From Raillietiella orientalis (lineage: Eukaryota): 64,000 nt of DNA. The translations under genes were made by a program, and so were the position numbers. The notes below the pieces were generated by a model. It searched no databases. It worked only from the letters and a program-made list of their open reading frames with translations, and was not told where the DNA came from. The stretch covers positions 5,704,001 to 5,768,000 of the forward strand of contig JAYWIR010000006.1 of assembly GCA_036172245.1 (NCBI GenBank), written 5' to 3'. Positions 60,716 to 64,000 of the stretch are shown piece by piece. Numbering within the stretch: position 1 is the first letter of the stretch; each line of letters opens with the position of its first letter.

Positions 60716-62317
60716 CTATTTGGAGCCATAGCTCCTCTCGCGGAAGAGAGCGGTGATCTCCTCGATGGTCTTGTTTTTGGTTTCCGGAACCTTGTAGTAT
60801 GTAAATACAGAGAACAGGAGGAGAAGCACTGTGAAAATGAGGAAAACATAGGGGCCAAGCACCATCTGAAAAAACACGAGTCAGTGTCAGCTCAGAAGGG
60901 AGGGAAATCGAAGGGACTCACCGCTAAGGGGAGGAACCCCAGCCCTACTACGAAATTCGCAGTCCAGTTGACAGCCACTGCAATTGACGTGGCTAGGGGT
61001 CTGGACCCCTGCTGGAAGAGCTCCGTGACGAAAAACCAGGGAATTGAGCCTGGCCCCGTCGCAAAGGCTACGACGAAGAATATGACGAGTAGGATAGATA
61101 CATAGGATAACCAGGGAGCCTGGTCTTTGAGCGCCAGGCAGATAGTGAGGAAGGCGGCGTCGACGCACATGAAGCTTAGTCCGATGATCATCAAGGTCTT
61201 GCGACCCGCGCGCTCGACCAGCACCAGCGACACGAGAGTCATCAGGACGTTCATGATGCCTATCCCCATCGTGGCATACTGTGAAGCTTCCTCGGTCAGG
61301 CCGGCGTTCTTGAAGATATCCGTAGAGAAAAAAATGACCTGGAGGTAAAAATGGTGCATGCACTCTGACGGAGTCGAAAGATAGTGACGCACCGCATTAA
61401 TACCGGACAGTTGCTGTGCAATCATCATCGAGACAGCGATCATCAGAGGATCCCTCAGTGAACGGTTGATCAACATCTCCTTGAATGTGGTTTTTGGGAA
61501 GAGCTTAAGGGTCTCGTACTCCTGCTTCATTTCTTCCATCTCTTCGTGGACCTCCAAATTGCCACGGAGCCATGCCAGAGCTACGTCGGGCACCGCGTAT
61601 TGGGGAGTGGCATGTAGAGATCCGACGTACCTCTCTGCGCTTCAACTTCCTTGCCCTTGATAAGGAGCAGGTACTTCGGGGATTCCGGGCAGAAGGGCAG
61701 CGTACATAGCTGGAAGAGCGCTGGTACAGCTGTGAGGGCTAGCAGAACCGGCCAGAGGTCCTGCGTGCCCAGCAATCCGTTCATTCCCAGAACCTGGGAT
61801 ATCAGAATGGAGATTGTGATGACCAACTGGTAAACAGTGCCGACCTGAGGATAAGAGGAGAGAGGATGGCCGGTGCCCCCGAGTACTTGGACCAACAGGG
61901 ATGCTCACCGCGCCACGCAAGTGCATGGGAGATACTTCGGAAAGATACATTGGGGCTAGTCCGGCATTGAGTCCGGAGTTCAGCCCAATGAAGAATCTGC
62001 CGGCAATCAGCATTTCATATGAGAGCGCTGTCTTAGAGAAACCTTCTAGGAAAGAGGAAAGGATGGCGAAAACGTTGTTTAGCAGCAGAGCGCCTTTCCT
62101 GTGGGAATGGATTAGGGCAACCCATGGGTATTCCTCGCTCGTCTTTTTCTCCGTACCTGCCGAACTTCTCCGACATGACTCCGGTCAGGGCACCACCAAT
62201 CATGCCCCCTATGCAAAAAATGGAAACCGTCCAGGACCAGACGAGCGTCACCGCCTCCCGGCTCATGGTCTCATTGGTTTTCACGTAATGCGTCTCATTG
62301 ATGAAGTTTTCGATGTA
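60716..62317 (-). CDS. Glut1: SLC2A/GLUT1-like facilitated glucose transporter, 3' exons; first exon(s) apparently beyond the window
   Basis: [82 protein letters not shown]; stop TAG ends at 60716. Confidence 0.95.
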
Positions 62318-62409
62318 CTGATCGGGGAGAGAGGGAGACATGACACCGGAGATGGCGTGAAAAAAGAAGGAACGGCGAGAGAGGTACTCAGGCCCTCTAC
62401 ACACGCAAG

Positions 62410-63080
62410 CAGGAAGAGGAGTGGCAACAGAGCAACCCTTGAGAGTCGTGGATCATCAATGGAAAAATGGCGCTTCGTAAGAGACGGGAACAACATGCTT
62501 AGGGGAGGAGCAAAATGAAGCAAGAGTCATTTAAAGCTCCAGCAACGTCCTCTTTCCGCACTTCTCACTGCTTCCTTTCTGCAGGAACCCTCTGTGCCCG
62601 CAAATGCCCCCTGACTATAGCTAAGTTTCGACCAAGGAGGATTATCCCAGGGCTTTCGCGAATGCCAGCCCACCCTTGCTCTTGGTAAGCAAAATGCACG
62701 TTCTTCTACCCGTGTCCTTGTTTTCAGCTAAAGAGACGGAAGAGCAGATAAGCAGGCACAAGAAGCATTGAGGGGATCTGCTTCCTGCTGAAGAGTTCTC
62801 AGAACGCTAGGGTGGTTGCACCCGGAAGATGAGGTAGGAATCCATGCGGGTTGTGTCGAGAATCTCAAGAAAAAGACCTTCCCTACTGCTACTGAAAGAT
62901 CATACCGAGATGAGCCGCGAGGGTGCATGCTCGAGGGAAGCAACAAGCCGGAAAACAATCTAGAGGCTAACGGATGTTGGTTGGAAACTTGCTGACCCAG
63001 CAAAGCTGGTAACGCGCAGGTTACCCCTAAGAAACGGAAGGCTTGCAGGTGATGCAGACTTCGAGGTCGAGGAGGACCAA
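62410..63080 (-). pseudogene. USP-like relic in the Glut1 intron
   Basis: LQAF, SRLFSGLL, QIPSMLLV, GIILLG...[18 protein letters not shown]. Confidence 0.58.
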
Positions 63081-63414
63081 ATCCGAATGCCGCTGTCTCC
63101 TTCCGAGTTAGTTGAAATGGACTTCTTTGTCGCTGTCATCGGTTGGATAGTCGATCGACGGGTTGAAAGAGATGCGGAGCCGGTAGGGAACAGACAGCGA
63201 CCGACGCTTCGCTGTCGATCTGTCTGCGCAAAGGGAACGGAGCGACGAAATTCCGCGGGAAACGGGCAATCCTCCACCGTGCGGAGCGGGGATAGAGAGA
63301 AGCGAATCGACATTTTCCCGTCGACCCCCGGTTTCCTCCTCCCCCTTCCCATATTCAAGCTCAGACGGGCTCCTGAGTTTTTAGCTAGCTGTTTCCCTCT
63401 CTGCTCTCGAGGTA

Positions 63415-63900
63415 GATGTGAACATTGAACCGCCATCCGCTCTTCCTCACGTTCCAGACGCTCCTGAGGGAGGTCTTAGGAGTGACCCCGCGTCATTTCA
63501 ATCAGAGAACAATTACATATGGGCGAAGAGCTTGGGAAAGGGAAAACGCACTAAATCTCTGTCATCTGAACGGGAAGGGTCATTCTCCTACGGATAGCGC
63601 CGAAAGCCGTAGCCAAACTTTTGGGGAAGGCTCCTCGTCGTGCTTTCCAAAACCGAAGATCCCCACCGTCAAACACTCGGAACTTTGCCAACTCCTGAGG
63701 ACGCTCGAAGGCCGGATACAAGAAAAAAAAACTGTTCCTCTTCCACGGAGTCAAACGATCACTTCCTTCGCTCATACTTTCTTCTATCGAGATCTGGCAA
63801 GCTTGCGAGGCACTCATCTTCCATGCATCTCCTCCCTTCTTTTTGCAGTCAAGGAGCAACGGCGCGCAAGACGACGAAGCGGTGTCAGAAATTCAAGTGG
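63415..63900 (-). pseudogene. USP-like relic in the Glut1 intron
   Basis: GDAW, VIV*LRG, KLFA/VIV, TRGH, GWRFNV. Confidence 0.45.
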
Positions 63901-64000
63901 CGAAATGGTCTCCTGCACTCAGAAGGAGAACAAAAAAAAAGGAAAGAAAGAAAGAAAGAAAAAAAATCAAGATTGACATCACGATTATAACACGCAGAGT

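Noticed and set aside
1..64000. CRISPR arrays, tRNA/rRNA genes, prokaryotic operons or viral genes
   Set aside because: No regularly spaced repeats or recognisable RNA genes; the genes are spliceosomal and metazoan.

Overview
Invertebrate animal (arthropod-like) genomic DNA with mostly very short (~45-60 nt) introns. It holds six host genes: a Pax1/9 (Pox meso) paired-box gene (+), a co-oriented minus-strand run EMC1 -> OXNAD1 -> POLR3D/RPC4, lin-54/tesmin (+), and the 3' part of a GLUT1-like sugar transporter (-). There are two L1/Tx1-clade reverse-transcriptase elements. The main unexpected signal is that much of the intergenic and intronic DNA is tiled with about 25 eroded, intronless copies of one ~1-2 kb unit. 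Read across frameshifts, these copies show the ordered motifs of a ubiquitin-specific protease (USP/peptidase C19): Cys-box, QxDA, two CxxC, P-x-x-L, FP, GH and WxxFND. Several are preceded by an L1/Tx1 ORF1-like segment and a zinc knuckle. One copy (23.4-27.8 kb) continues on the same strand into RT, suggesting a LINE family (and/or ORF1-only HAL1-like derivatives) whose ORF1 carries a deubiquitinase. These are by-eye motif calls on degenerate sequence, relic boundaries are approximate, and profile searches are needed to confirm them. Other points: a 142-bp EMC1-OXNAD1 gap with an apparently unpaired splice acceptor (operon-like), a near-identical ~460-bp inverted repeat, and sharp GC/CpG domains.
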